Assembly: GCF_006345805.1 (NCBI RefSeq)
Contig: NC_042998.1
Coordinates: 7,378,001-7,442,000, forward strand
DNA from: Octopus sinensis
Lineage: Eukaryota
Reading direction: 5' to 3'
DNA length: 64,000 bases
Shown here: positions 25,628 through 37,732 of the stretch, one piece after another
How the letters are laid out: every line of letters starts with the position of its first letter
Numbering within the stretch: position 1 is the first letter of the stretch
Notes under the pieces: model-generated
What the model was told of the DNA's origin: nothing
Seen by the model: only the letters and a program-made list of their open reading frames with translations
Database searches by the model: none
Program-made: the position numbers and the translations under genes

Positions 25628-26701
25628 GTAAGTATCCACATGTTATGTTAGTTCTTATAGCAAACTATATCATTTCTGGGATATAAGTGATAATTTTTTT
25701 TAACGAGGTAAAAGTTGTAAATTATGATGCCTGTTTTATAATAATATTCCTAATCAATTAAGTAGAAGCAACAAAGTGATTTAAGGTCCAAGAGTTTTGT
25801 GCGTGGGCACACACACACACATACACATATATATATATATATATATTTGTTGGCAGAATTGTTGGCATGCTGGGCAAAATACTTAGTCAAAATCATCCAA
25901 CCCATGCTAGTGTGGAAAGTGGACTTTAAACGATGATGATGATGTTATCTATAATAAAACCGAAATTCTGTCTGTTCGTCTGGGACCCCCTGTATCTCAG
26001 CCTACATTTGCTCAACATAGACATATTATACCTTTTTGGAATCAGGATGATCCCGGATTTGAAAATCTGCCCTTCATTTGGTTCTTGAACATTCAGCATT
26101 GGGATTTGATTTTAAAGCATTTCGTTTGCTTTTTCTAGCAGGTAAAGCTTCACTGATTCATGCCATCATGGTGGCATTTGTCAGATGATGTCAGAGATCA
26201 AGGGGCAGATAGATAACATTTGCTTCATTAATTTTACATCGAGATAAGAACTTTGGGATAACTTGGCCAACAGTTGGAATTCAACTTGGGACTGGAACAA
26301 CAGGAAGATTGCATTACAGAATTAATTCTCACCCGTTCTTAACCTCTGATCAAACACCTTCGGAGCATATAGTCATTATAGATGTATTATATAGTCATGC
26401 TATTTAGCTCTCTTTAGCTTTGGGCCACAAGCTCAATTAGCCCTCTGCAGGAGCTAGCTTAGAAGTCCACACAGAGTATGGCTTTTAAGTTAATATATAA
26501 TAGAACTATTTACATACTATTATTTATAGCTTTATCTGTTCTGAAATTCACCATTCCAAAAAAGAATTATTTCACATTCTCTTGAAGTTTATAAATTCTT
26601 ATGGCACAAGAAAATATCGAAATAGCTTTTGTTTGTTTTAAATTAATTTCTCTGTATAATTTATTCTGTACTGACTTATCTTAATTTATTTCTTATACTA
26701 G

Positions 26702-26922
26702 TATGAACGATCAAGATGGCTATCAAGAAGGTCATGATAATACGGTTCAATTCAGTGGAAGCCCTCCAGATTCCCGTCTACTTATCCGACCTCAGCCGAA
26801 TGGCCGTCGAATCAGCACGGGCTGTATGAGAACAGAGATCACAGGTGATAGTAGACAAGTGGCTGCTGACAAAGCTACCGTTCCTGCAGCACCCCCATGC
26901 ACTCCCAGTGCATTTCACAAAT
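26702..26922 (+). CDS. RasGRF: RasGRF exon 5, linker (MNDQDGYQEG...PSAFHK)
   Basis: tactag| and T|gtaagt; phase 2 to 1 fits both neighbours; no motif-level homology recognised. Confidence 0.85.
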
Positions 26923-27814
26923 GTAAGTACAAGATGCAAGAACAGTTGTATTTCACCCTGCCTTCTTTTTTTGTTATTGTTAGTATTATTAGTTATCATT
27001 GTTTTTGTTACTGATAGTACTACTATCTTTAGCAATACTATCTATACTTTATGAAAGGTCCAATGGAGGATAGTTCACATGTAGATGTTCCAGATGTACA
27101 TAAGAAGTGACTGACCAGAACATGTTTGGAAACACAATATATGGATGTCAAGCCTCTTTGTGGTTGCTCACTATGCTTGAAATAGAAGTAAATTTCCCTT
27201 AAATCACATTATAAATGTAGAAGAATACACTAGACAATGTAGCTCTAGATACAATGTACCTAAGCTTAAGACATCTTATTTGGATTAAACAACAACTAAA
27301 AATCTTTGGATTTTTCAGCCAGTTCACTTGATATATTAACTATGACAGTTATTCAAATGCTCAGACAGCCTTGTCATACTTGTGCTGATTCTGCCTGAGA
27401 ATTATGTTTAGGGTATCTGTGGAATACTAAGCCACTTAAATGTTGATGCACAGGTGATTAAACAGTTGAGTGCTTGTCATGAAAACCAACGGAGGACCCA
27501 TCAAATGTATTTTAGTTTAAAAAATAAGATCCAATCCTATACTACAAAGATATACAGGAATAAACCACCTCATGAGGATTAGTGATCAAACCAATCAAAA
27601 TACAATGTATGTCTAGTTTTAGTAAACACTTAATCTGTAAAATTGTGGTTAACTGAAAAATTTTAATCTTATTTACAACATGTCTCAGGTTTAATAGATA
27701 TATGAATGTTTCATATTTTATTATGATTAATTTTCAAGATAGAATGATTTATTACTATAATTTTTTATCATTAATTTATTACTAAACCATTGTTCATTTC
27801 TTTCTTTTATTCAG

Positions 27815-28705
27815 ATCGTGGTGGTGATTCAACAGAAAGTGAAGAAAGCCAATCGGAAATATCTTCCTATCTTAAACCCTCCAGGCCCAAGTTAGCGCCA
27901 ATTGCTTCATGTGAAACTTTATATGATCATGAAATTCCTATTATCACAACGTCTGATGATGTCTTCCTGAAGGAGTCGAAAGCTGTTATGGAAAATTATC
28001 CAATTTCACTAAAAGACTGTGATGAATTGGAGAATGAGAAGCATGCTAAGCTCTTGGCTCCTTCAACCACACCTGTGTATGTTTCATCATCAGAAACATT
28101 ATATGACGGGCTCACTCACGCTACACTGAGTTCTACTCCAAGTACAGACACTTTAACCCCTAAATCAATGAAAGTCAGCCCGGCTACTTCCCCCATAAGC
28201 CCTTCCAGACAATTTGTGCCAAACAAATTAATAAGCGATAGTTTTCTTGGACAAGCAGTCAGCTCATCATCAGGCCTTACAAGTCCTCGGAAGTTTGTGC
28301 CAATCAATGTCGGTGACTCGAGATTATCAAGGCCATCTACTCCAGTAAAAAGTGGCACACCAATTTCATCTCCAGTTAGTAGTCCCCGAAAGAGCCTACC
28401 GATGAAACAAGTGGAGTTCTATACTCGGCCATCAACCCCAGTGAAAGCTACTGGCAGTTTACATAGCCTTGATTCAATCTCATGTTCTTCGATTGAGAGT
28501 CCAACCAAGGCTTTTACTGCCAAAATGACGTCCTCCCCAAGTAAAACCCCAGTACTATCAGCCTCCCCAAGACACATGCAGTCTCCAAGAGGCTCAGTTG
28601 TTAGATCTCCAACATCGAGTCCAAAGCTCCGCCGTGCCCCATCTCCAATCCTTGGTTACAGTTACTCTTCTCCAAACATGATAGTACCCAACATGAAAAA
28701 TATAT
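27815..28705 (+). CDS. RasGRF: RasGRF exon 6, 891-nt Ser/Pro/Thr-rich linker
   Basis: ttcag| and T|gtaagt; open 297 codons inside ORF 27790-28800; phase 1 to 1. Confidence 0.88.
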
Positions 28706-28793
28706 GTAAGTCACTTCTAATTTTGCTTTGTATTTTAAATAATTTTCTTAAAAGACATTTTCATCGGTTTCCAATCCTTGCTACTAATTTTAA

Positions 28794-28998
28794 CCTTTAG
28801 CATTTAAACTAGCCACATCCAGCCCAAATATTCTACAGGTTTTATCTTCAAACTTGTCAGAGCTGGCCTTTCACACCTGACTTAGAGTGTCATTTTACAA
28901 GTAAGCAGTCACAACATCGCTATGAAATAATGTATGATTAATTTAATATGTGAACTTATAATCATTAACTTTCACAAAGTAATCTGAATGCTAAAGGG
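28794..28998. mobile_element. piggyBac-type MITE family P1
   Basis: TTAA-CCTTTAGCATT...AATGCTAAAGGG-TTAA. Confidence 0.75.
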
Positions 28999-29046
28999 TT
29001 AAATATGGAAGAATTTTTGCAGAATCAGGTTTTCAAATGTATAAAT

Positions 29047-29530
29047 ATAATAATAATAATAATAATAATGAAATTATTGTATACATTGCTCAGGTGCACC
29101 ACAACTTGTCAAAAGTGTGTATAAAGCACATGCAGTGGTGTACAAATGTCTGGAAAGCAAACAATGCATGAGTCAGGTACATGCTGGTGTGTGTATGGAG
29201 GGGAGAAAATCAGGTGTAGTGTTGGCGAATCTCAGGAAGCATGGAAGTTTTGAAGGATGCAGTGCTCCGACAACTAACAACTGATGGTGGCAGTTTGTTC
29301 CATACTTCAGCAACTCTTAGTGTGAAAAAATGTTTCTGAAAGTCATGGGAGCTGTGCTGTTTTCTGACTTTGTAAACATGTCCACGGGTGTTAGACAGGT
29401 GGAATTTGAAAAGGTGCTCAGAGTTATTGTTTGTAAGATGGTTGATAATTTTATGGGTATCTGCCAAGTCAGCTGCCAGACCTCGGAGTTTCAATGTATC
29501 CATACCCAGGAAAGTAAGGCATTCAGAATA
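29047..29530 (-). mobile_element. CR1/L2-group LINE 3' end with (ATT)n tail
   Basis: ORF 29210-29533 (RGHVYKV...FFTLRVAEVWNKLP), 3'UTR and tail. Confidence 0.9.
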
Positions 29531-30039
29531 CACTTTCGTTTATTCAATTATTGGTTTCAGTCTCTGGGCTGTGATCATGCTGGAGCACCACCTTTATGGA
29601 TTCAGTCAATCATATCAACTCCAGTTCTTATTTTTAAGATTGATACTTATTTTATCAACATGTGTTTGTTGAACTTCTGAGTAACATGACAGACATAAAC
29701 AGAAAACAAACAAACAGACACACACATAATGGGCTTCTGTACTCATCTATCAAATTTCAGTAACAAGGTATTAGTTAACCTAAGTGTACAGTAGAAGATC
29801 CTTTCTCGAAATGCCATAGAATGGGAGTAAAATCAAAACCACATAGGTGCTAAGCAAACTTTAAAACTACACAGTCATGCCATAGCGAGTATTTAAGTTT
29901 ACCCACAACTAGTGTTTAGTATGTGTGCATATATATGCGTGTATGTGTGTATATATATAAATATTCACATACTCACACACACATGTACATGCATACTTAC
30001 ACAGACACACATTAATAGTATAGAAAGAATCTGTTAGTT

Positions 30040-30420
30040 TTTATCTTTTACTTGTTTAAGTCATTAGACTGTGGCCATGCTGGGGCACTGCCTTGATGAA
30101 TGTTTTAGTTGAGTGAATCAACCCCACTACTTCTTTCTTTCTTTGTTATGAGTTTCATTTTGCTGAACTGTGAAGTTACAGGGATGTAAACACACCAACA
30201 CCAATTGTCAAGTTGTGGTAAAGGACAAACACCAAGACAAAGACACACACACACACATATAAACACAACAGGCGTCTTTCAATTTCTGTCTACCAAATCC
30301 ACTCACAAGACTTTGGTTAGCCTGAGGCTATAGTAGAAGACACTTGCCCAAGGTGCTATGCAATGGGAATGAACCTGGAATCATATGGTTGGGAAGCAAG
30401 CTTCTTACCACACAGCCATG
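30040..30420 (-). mobile_element. SINE B, diverged
   Basis: Reverse complement of the family consensus. Confidence 0.75.
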
Positions 30421-30595
30421 GTGGAGAGAGTGAGCTGATCTATTCTATAAACAAAATCATTTGTGCAGGTTGTTCATCAAAGACATATGAAACCTCATCT
30501 CTTGTCTATGACAAGATGGTCCTCCATATATGTGTGTGTGATACTTCTAGTAATAATAGAGTTTTAGTATTATCAGGACAATTACGAATTACATG

Positions 30596-30838
30596 AGGCT
30601 GCATAGCCTAGTGGTTAGTATATTGCTCTCACAATCACGAGATCATGGTTTCAATTCCTAGACTGGGTAGTACATTGTGTTCTTGAGCAAAACACTTCAT
30701 CTCACCTGGCTCTGCAACCACTTTGACACCTGATGTGTGGTACACCATACACCTGTTCAGTCAATGTTGATTTGATGGAGGGAGTAAACTAATATATGAC
30801 ACACTTGATCACTATAAACAAATCATTTGTGTAGGTCG
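30596..30838 (+). mobile_element. tRNA-head SINE D, another variant
   Basis: TAGCCTAGTGG head plus CTTGAGCAAAACACTT block. Confidence 0.6.
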
Positions 30839-30960
30839 ATACCAACCAGGCTGAAACTACCTCTGGCTCTGTAGTTCACATATCTTGTGTTCATAAGTTT
30901 TGAATTAAAATCTTCCACCAAACCTTAGTCACAGTTTATGTTCCTAAAACTAGCTTAATC
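30838..30960. mobile_element. P2 MITE fragment
   Basis: Aligns by eye to the left half of 32271-32489. Confidence 0.65.
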
Positions 30961-31423
30961 TTGATCTTAGCAGAGTTTAAACTGAAAACGTAAGGATGGA
31001 CAAAATCATTTTTGCAAAAGCTGAATGCTCATACATTGTCTTTGACAAGAGAGTCCGTCATGAATTGCAAATGTCAATTCTTCCTGACACTCATCATAAA
31101 TTTTAAGTTTTCATTACAATGAAATTCTTTCTACAATTTCTTGTTTTCTATCACAAATGTACATAACTGCTCAATTTATAATCGAGACTTTGTAAATATG
31201 CATGTTTCATCTAATGCAAGCAATCATCTTCAGATTAATTTGGCCGGATATTGCTGGATTAAATGCCGAAGGGTTTATTGCATGAAATAGAAAACTAAAA
31301 ATTTAAATCCAGTTGAAGAAAATGATAACCAGAAAGTATTTTGAAAATGTAACCTCAAAGTTTTCAGATATTGTTCTGTAACTTTCTAATTTTCTGATTT
31401 GTTAAAACAAGGACTAATTGTAA

Positions 31424-31999
31424 TCTTTAACATTTAAATTGGCCATATCCTCCAACATATTCAACTTGTTTTATGTTCAAACAAGCAAAACAAACCCCGT
31501 CCAATGGATGGTGCTGAGTTGTCAAGCATTTAAACCAAATTTTCTCAAAACAACTTGTCCAACCGTCCCATAGGCTTCCCCCTTGAGAAACACTGATTTA
31601 ACCTAAATTTGAGACACCAGCTAAAGACAGATTTCGACTGATGTACTTGCACGCACAAAGCACGTTCCCACGGCTTTATCGATCGCATTCTCGCCTGGAA
31701 TCGATTTTTGTAATTTTTTCAAGACTTATACATGCCCTGATACCGTCAGTATCTACATATTAAGTTTGAGCACAATCGGATGGAGGATGCCTGAGATCCT
31801 AGAAGACACACACACAGATAGACAGAATGGATTTTATATAATAGATTGTCTAGATCTAGTCTCTCACACCAGCCCTCCAACATCATTCTAAAAATTAATA
31901 ATTACATCATCTCAGAGCTACAACATAATGCATGATTAATTCAAAGCAAAGTGAATGAATAACTATTACTTCTGACAGAATAATGTAAATACTAAAGGA
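31424..31999. mobile_element. P1 MITE (decayed) containing a Helitron-like insert
   Basis: Ends resemble 28794-28998 and 43514-44694. Confidence 0.55.
31481..31846 (+). mobile_element. Helitron/Helentron-like non-autonomous element
   Basis: Ends with (CA)n/ACAG then TTTTATATAATAGAT, like 37327-37732; interrupts P1. Confidence 0.5.
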
Positions 32000-32270
32000 T
32001 TAAATGATTCCTTTCAGTTCTAACTAAAGAAGTCTCTGGTACTAGTATAGTTAAGTGACTGCTTGATAATGACTCTCAAACTCAGTTCAATATTTATTCA
32101 ATTTCTTCTACATATTACAAATAAGTGAGACTGATTTAAAAACAATTGGCTGCAATATATAATTGTATACTATTAACAGTCAGTTGATAAATGCTCAATC
32201 ATAGTATTTTATCATCACATGTCATATTGTCTTTATATCTAAGCTGTTCCTTAGTCACTGTATTGCTTAA

Positions 32271-32489
32271 CCCTTTCGATACCAACCCGGCCGAAACCGG
32301 CTCTGGCTCTGTAGTACAAATGTCTTGTTTTCTTAAGTTCTGAATTAAAATCTTCCACCAAACCTTAGTCACGATTTATGTTCCTAACACTAGCTGAATG
32401 ATAACTAAGTTATTTTACTAAATTCTTTGTTATATTTAAAGTAACCGAAAGAAACAGAGCATCTCAAAATAAATACAGTAACGAAAGGG
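32271..32489. mobile_element. piggyBac-type MITE family P2, copy 1
   Basis: TTAA-CCCTTTCG...CGAAAGGG-TTAA. Confidence 0.85.
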
Positions 32490-32542
32490 TTAAACAAGAT
32501 ATAGTGAACAACAAACTACAAGCATGCCGTTCATTAAATTAA

Positions 32543-32764
32543 CCCTTTTGATACCAATCCGGCTGAAACCGGCTCTGGCTCTGTAGTACAAATGTCTTGT
32601 TTTCTTAAGTTTTGAATTAAAATCTTCCACCAAACCTTGGTCACAATTTATGTTCCTAACACTAGCTGAATGATAACTAAGTTATTTTACTAAATTCTTT
32701 GTTATATTTAAAATTAATTGAAAGAAAGACAGGGCATCTGAAAATAAATACGGTATCGAAAGGG
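32543..32764. mobile_element. piggyBac-type MITE family P2, copy 2
   Basis: TTAA-CCCTTTTG...CGAAAGGG-TTAA; very similar to copy 1. Confidence 0.85.
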
Positions 32765-33837
32765 TTAAGCAGTTAGAAACTAAACCCCAAAGATAGTAAA
32801 TCAAACAAGGATGCATACGCAACAGATTGTTAATTATCCAATTAAAGTTGGTTTAATTAGTGTTTTGCACATAAAGTACTAGTTGTTTTGGGTTACTAGA
32901 TTGTGCTGATAAAGAAAGGAGCTTTTGTTGTTTTATATGAAGTCTCCCACACTACCAAATTTACATTCAAAATTCAATTAGTCAGTTAATGCTTGCCATG
33001 CCAGCTTCGGGGATTGTTCCATACTCCCATTCCACTTGGGATCAAATTGGCCGGACAGTGTAATGCAAGACAGTCTGTGTTTTGGGAAGCTACGTGAGAT
33101 GCTTGGCACATAGTAGACTCATAATACAGTAATGCCTCACTTTACAAGGAGCTGCTTTACAAGACCCTGGGTTTTCGAGTTATATTCTTCAGCTCACATT
33201 TGTATGGTATTATAATAATACAAACAGAAAGTCCTCCCTCTTGGCAGATTTCTGGTAGTCGCTAAATGATATTTATACATTTTATTCCCAATTTGTCTAA
33301 CTTTTCTGATGAGTTCCATCTAATTTTCTTTTGTGTCCTTTATTTCTATGAAGGAAAGAAATTTAGAATAAATGCATTTAGAATAATACCAAGCATTTAA
33401 AGACAGCATTAGAATTTATGAAGAAATCAGGTATTATGTTGACTTAACTTAGCCATGCTAATCTTTCACTTTTAAATGAACTCACTGGCAACCCATCCTC
33501 TATGTGGTCTTTTAGTGTGCTAGAAATAGCGGGATCACGTGGGTATCTTCCAAAGGCTCATAGCATTCCTAACAGCCATACCAACAAATTCACCTCAAAT
33601 AATTTTTGCTTTTTTTTTTTTTTAAATTATCCTGGTGTCTTTGGAAAATCTCGTTTTATTGACAGTTAGGCATTTAACCAATTCTGGAAGGAAAATATTG
33701 GAATAGTCCTCAAAAGTAAATTGTTTTTCAGCATAATTGTAATGTGCATCATTAAAAAGTGAAAGTTATGAAGAAACAAAGTCAAGTCACAGACATTAAC
33801 CAAAACTTAAGAGTAATCTAAAGCCAGAGTCTGGAAA

Positions 33838-33915
33838 AAAATGGCGGTGCCCCAGCATGGCCACAGCTCGTGAGCTGAAACTAGATAAAATTAAAAAAAT
33901 AATAAAAAAATAAAT
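33838..33915 (+). mobile_element. Isolated 3' tail of the same LINE
   Basis: GGCGGTGCCCCAGCATGGCCACAGCTCGTGAGCTGAAACTAG plus A-rich tail. Confidence 0.65.
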
Positions 33916-34103
33916 CCTACCCCCAGACCCAGATCCCAAAGAATCATAGAGAACGATAGGAGTGACACTAATTCATATTTTTATTCTGAAACTGACAAAG
34001 CGTCTGATTAATACTTGTGGGGATGAATATATTTATACATACATGCATACATACATTACCTGTTTTTTATGAAAATTTATTTACTAATATTCTATATTTC
34101 TAG

Positions 34104-34236
34104 TTTCCAGCAAAAGAGGTAGTGCAGAAGCTGAATCAATTTCAACTCCCAGAAGCAGTTTTGCCCAGGCAGATGGTTCACCCCCGCAGGCTAGAGCGGG
34201 AACTGTAGTTACGTCGTCACGCCAGTCAAAACGGCG
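34104..34236 (+). CDS. RasGRF: RasGRF exon 7 (SSKRGSAEAES...ARAGTVVTSSRQSKR-R)
   Basis: tttctag| and CG|gtatgt; phase 1 to 2. The alternative AG at 34109-10 would be out of frame. Confidence 0.87.
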
Positions 34237-34814
34237 GTATGTATCAGATTACAAAATATTATAGAATATAGAGTAAATGCAAATTAAGATATTTTACACA
34301 CATCTCCTTGTTTGACCGAAGGATAATTTAAAACGTGTTTAAAGCTTTTCGATTTCATGTTCATTTGTTAAATTATATTAAGTTTTAAGTATAGGGTGGT
34401 CCGAAAGTCTTGTCACCCCCTACCAGAAAGTAATAAGAACAATAGAGGAACAATATAATAATATCAAACACATGTACTGGTTTTTGTATATTCGCTTTCA
34501 TTAACACTGACACACATTGAGAAGGCCTGTACAAATGCCAACAGCTTCATAAAACATCACACAGGACATGACACCGCATCATTTTGGCCACGAAAATGAT
34601 GGTGTTCATACAGACCCTCTTGATGTGTGACAGTGTCAGTGTCAATCATCATCATCATCATCATCATTTAACATCCGATCTCCATGCTAGCATGGGTTGG
34701 ACGGTTCGACCGGGGATCTGGGAAGCCAGAAGGCTGCACCAGGCTCCAGTCTGATCTGGCAGTGTTTCTACAGCTGGATGCCCTTCCTAACGCCAACCAC
34801 TCCGTGAGTGTAGT

Positions 34815-36260
34815 TAGTTAGTTAGTTAGTTAATTTGGCTCAAAAGCAAATAGCAAGGCCATGTAGGGGGACATGGAGTTAAGTACAGGGTGGTGTTCAT
34901 GTAAAGAGTTCAGGCCACTTGAGGTCCAGGGAGGCTTTGAACAAAGCGGTCGTCGGCATCTTCACCATCTCGTCTGGCAGCTTGTTCCATGGATCCGCAA
35001 CCCGGACGGAGAAAGCTCCTCTCCTTCGATTGAGATGAAATCGTCGCAGGTAGAGCTTTTCGGAATGACCCCGCAGCCGACGCTCCGGAGCAGGAGTGAA
35101 GAACAGCTCTTTCGAGAGGTTACACTTCCCGCTTATGATGTTGTGGGCGAGAATGAGATCACCATGGCGGCGGCGTTTTTCAAGAGAACAAAGGTCGAGC
35201 GTCCTCAGCCTTTCTTCGTAGGACAAATTTTTGAGACCATGAACCATGCGGGTAGCCACCCTCTGGACTCTTTCGAGGTGCTGTATGTCTTTGAGGAGAT
35301 AAGGAGAAGAGGCTTGAATCCCATACTCCAATATGGGTCTCACCAGCGTGACATAGAGTGGCAGGAATATGGCTGCTGTGAGCATTCCGAATGACCGTCG
35401 AATCAAAAACAGAATTCCGCGCGCTTTGTTGGCAGCATGGACGCACTGGGCTGAAGGCGAAAAGGAGGAATCCACCAAGATACCCAGGTCCTTTACCTGA
35501 TCAGTCCTCTCCACCAGCAGACGACCCGGCTCGAAATCAATTTGAGTTGCAGGAGTAGAGCCGACAGGCAGATGACAGCACTTTGACACGTTCAGACACA
35601 GGTCCCAATCGTTAGACCACTTCCAAATTTGGTGGAGGCATCGACGAAGATCCTCTATACTACCGCGAGGAGCGACCAGTTTGATATCGTCAGCAAATAG
35701 AAGGGTGTGTTGCGTGAGGTCGTCGGGCAAGTCATTTATGAAGACTAAGAACAACAAGGGCCCAAGCACTGAACCTTGAGGCACGCCACTGCTCGCACTG
35801 GAGACGTCGGACCGCGAACCATTAACTTGAACTTGGAAGGAGCGATCTGAGAGGAAGGCACCAACCCATCGTACAATATCCGGATGGAAACTATATGCTT
35901 GAAGCTTGACAAGTAGTAGGCGGTGGTTTACCGAGTCAAAAGCTTTGGCAAAGTCCAATAAAACGATGTCAACAGCATCACTATCATCGAGGATGCGCGT
36001 CACCAATTCTTCCATTACTAGTAAGTTGGTCAAGCATGATCTCTTCGGCATGAAGCCGTGTTGGGAATCAGTGATCGAGGCTGTGTTTAGGAGGTGGAGC
36101 ATCATACTTTTCTTAAGGATGGTTTCGAACATCTTGCTGATTATTGATGTAAGGGAAACCGGTCGGTAGTTAAGCGGGTCTTCGCGGCTCCCTTTCTTGA
36201 AAATTGGGCAGATTATCGCTGTTCTCCAGTCTGCAGGTATAACACCCGTCGCCAATGACA
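34815..36260 (-). mobile_element. Young 5'-truncated CR1/L2-group LINE with (TAAC)n tail, inserted in a family A element
   Basis: TSD TGTAGT at 34809-14 and 36261-66; 3'UTR stem-loop ccatgt/acatgg at 34859-34876; host sequence resumes exactly. Confidence 0.92.
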
Positions 36261-36261
36261 T
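34897..36261 (-). CDS. Intact reverse-transcriptase ORF (454 aa) of a 5'-truncated CR1/L2-group LINE; no endonuclease domain
   Basis: NYRPVSLTS, LDFAKAFDSV, GVPQGSVLGPLLF, LFADD, RGHSEKL and WNKLP motifs; no stop or frameshift in the ORF track (34897-36321). Confidence 0.85.
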   Translation of the reverse strand: MSLATGVIPADWRTAIICPIFKKGSREDPLNYRPVSLTSIISKMFETILKKSMMLHLLNTASITDSQHGFMPKRSCLTNLLVMEELVTRILDDSDAVDIVLLDFAKAFDSVNHRLLLVKLQAYSFHPDIVRWVGAFLSDRSFQVQVNGSRSDVSSASSGVPQGSVLGPLLFLVFINDLPDDLTQHTLLFADDIKLVAPRGSIEDLRRCLHQIWKWSNDWDLCLNVSKCCHLPVGSTPATQIDFEPGRLLVERTDQVKDLGILVDSSFSPSAQCVHAANKARGILFLIRRSFGMLTAAIFLPLYVTLVRPILEYGIQASSPYLLKDIQHLERVQRVATRMVHGLKNLSYEERLRTLDLCSLEKRRRHGDLILAHNIISGKCNLSKELFFTPAPERRLRGHSEKLYLRRFHLNRRRGAFSVRVADPWNKLPDEMVKMPTTALFKASLDLKWPELFT

Positions 36262-36844
36262 GTAGTGGGTGCTTTTTACGTGCCACCGGCACAGGTGCCA
36301 GGCGAGGCTGGCAACGGCCACGATCGGATTGGTGCTTTTTATGTGCCACCGGCACGGAAGCCAGTCAAGGTGATGCTGGTATCAGCCACGTTCGGATGGT
36401 GGTTTTTACGTGCCACCATCACTGAAAGTGAATATACTAAAACCAGTACATGTGTTTGATATTATTATATTGTTCGTAGCAAGTGTCAAGGCTTTCAGAC
36501 CACCCTATACATACCTACTAAACAAGTCCAGTGGCATAGAAATTATCGTCATTGCTTGAACTTGTTGAAATTCACATGACCCTGATCCTCCAACCAGCAC
36601 TACCTTCCATGACACATGACAGTTCTCTGTAACATCCAGTGTCATCTGTTAACTGTTTGACCTATGTCTTTGCAGAGAGACCAAAGCATTTTCAATCATG
36701 TTGTGGTATCCAAAGTACAGTATTGCTAACAGACTCTTCCTTATTTCTATAAGACAACTACAATGCCTGTTCCACTGTTGTACAAGCAATTGTAGATGTA
36801 AACACACATACACACACACACAATGGTTGTTTTAGTTTCAATCT

Positions 36845-36901
36845 CAGCGGTGGTGCCCCAGCACAGCGGTGGTGCCCCAGCACAGCGGTGGTTCCCCAGC
36901 A
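36845..36901 (+). repeat. 3 x 19-bp tandem repeat CAGCGGTGGTGCCCCAGCA at a LINE/SINE-type tail
   Basis: Units at 36845, 36864 and 36883. Confidence 0.85.
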
Positions 36902-36948
36902 TGGCCGCGGCCTTCGTGCTAAAACATTTTTAAGGATTTAAGGAATCT

Positions 36949-37208
36949 ATCGAATCCACTCACAAGGTTTTGATTAACTTAGGGCTATAGTAGAAGACAC
37001 TTGTCAGATTCCATGCAGTGGGACCAAACATGAAACCATATGGCTGGAAAGTGAACTTTTCAACCATAGCCATTCCTGAGCCTATAGGCTTTCATTAGCC
37101 TGGGGCTATAATTGAAGACCCTCACCTAAGGTGTCATGCAGTGGGGCTGAACCCAAAACCACATGGTTGAGAAGTGAACTTCTCAATCATAGAGCCATTC
37201 CTGCTCCT
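36949..37208 (-). mobile_element. Two tandem SINE B heads, diverged
   Basis: GGCTATA..GAAGAC...CATGCAGTGGG twice. Confidence 0.6.
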
Positions 37209-37326
37209 GGTTTCAGTTTAGTTTTTCAAAATAATAAGCTCAGTTTGAATTAAAGAATCATATTTTTGCAGTTTTCAGATCAGTCAATAAAATATATCAA
37301 GTATTTTAGTATGATTTTATATGAAA

Positions 37327-37732
37327 ACTAGCAGTATCGCCCGGCGTTGCTTGGGTTTGTTTTCTTTTCGACCCCTTAGAATTGGAAATTTTGAAAAGTA
37401 AACATTTTGCATTATGTAGCTTGTTATTCTCTTTAAGTGAACATTTTTCTGGTTGAAATACACCGAAAAATGGCAACACAGCAGTAAAAGAATCGTAAAA
37501 ACTAGGAATTTTTATAGAAAAAACGCACCTTTTTGATGTAAATAACTTTTGGTGTTAACATGGTCCGATTTGAATTTTTTCTTCTACGGAAGGAAGAGCA
37601 AGCCTTCTTGTATCATACTCTCAATTTTGGTCAACTTGTGCCACAGGGTCTTGGAGGAGATAGTGTTAGTTGAAGGCTACCAAACCTGCCACACACACAC
37701 ACACAGACAACTTCAGCTTTATATATATAGAT
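37327..37732 (+). mobile_element. Helitron/Helentron-like non-autonomous element (Lep1/DINE-like)
   Basis: Starts ACTAGCAGTATCGCCCGGCGTTGC, ends (CA)n...AGCTTTATATATATAGAT; family assignment from memory. Confidence 0.6.

Larger units (their letters stand above)
34646..36417 (-). mobile_element. Family A retroposon split by the LINE (34646-34814 and 36261-36417)
   Basis: Consensus is continuous across the TGTAGT TSD. Confidence 0.88.
34392..36507. mobile_element. Tc1/mariner-type MITE with long TIRs, host of nested family A and LINE insertions
   Basis: TA-flanked ends TAGGGTGGTCYGAAAG; 34448-34500 and 36423-36475 are reverse complements at 51/53. Confidence 0.85.

Noticed and set aside
34873-35394. 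173-aa plus-strand ORF
   Set aside because: Antisense shadow of the LINE RT ORF.
36261-36417. CRISPR-like array of palindromic repeats with spacers
   Set aside because: Only 2-4 units, spacers are related to each other, it lies inside a dispersed retroposon in a eukaryotic intron, and there are no cas genes.
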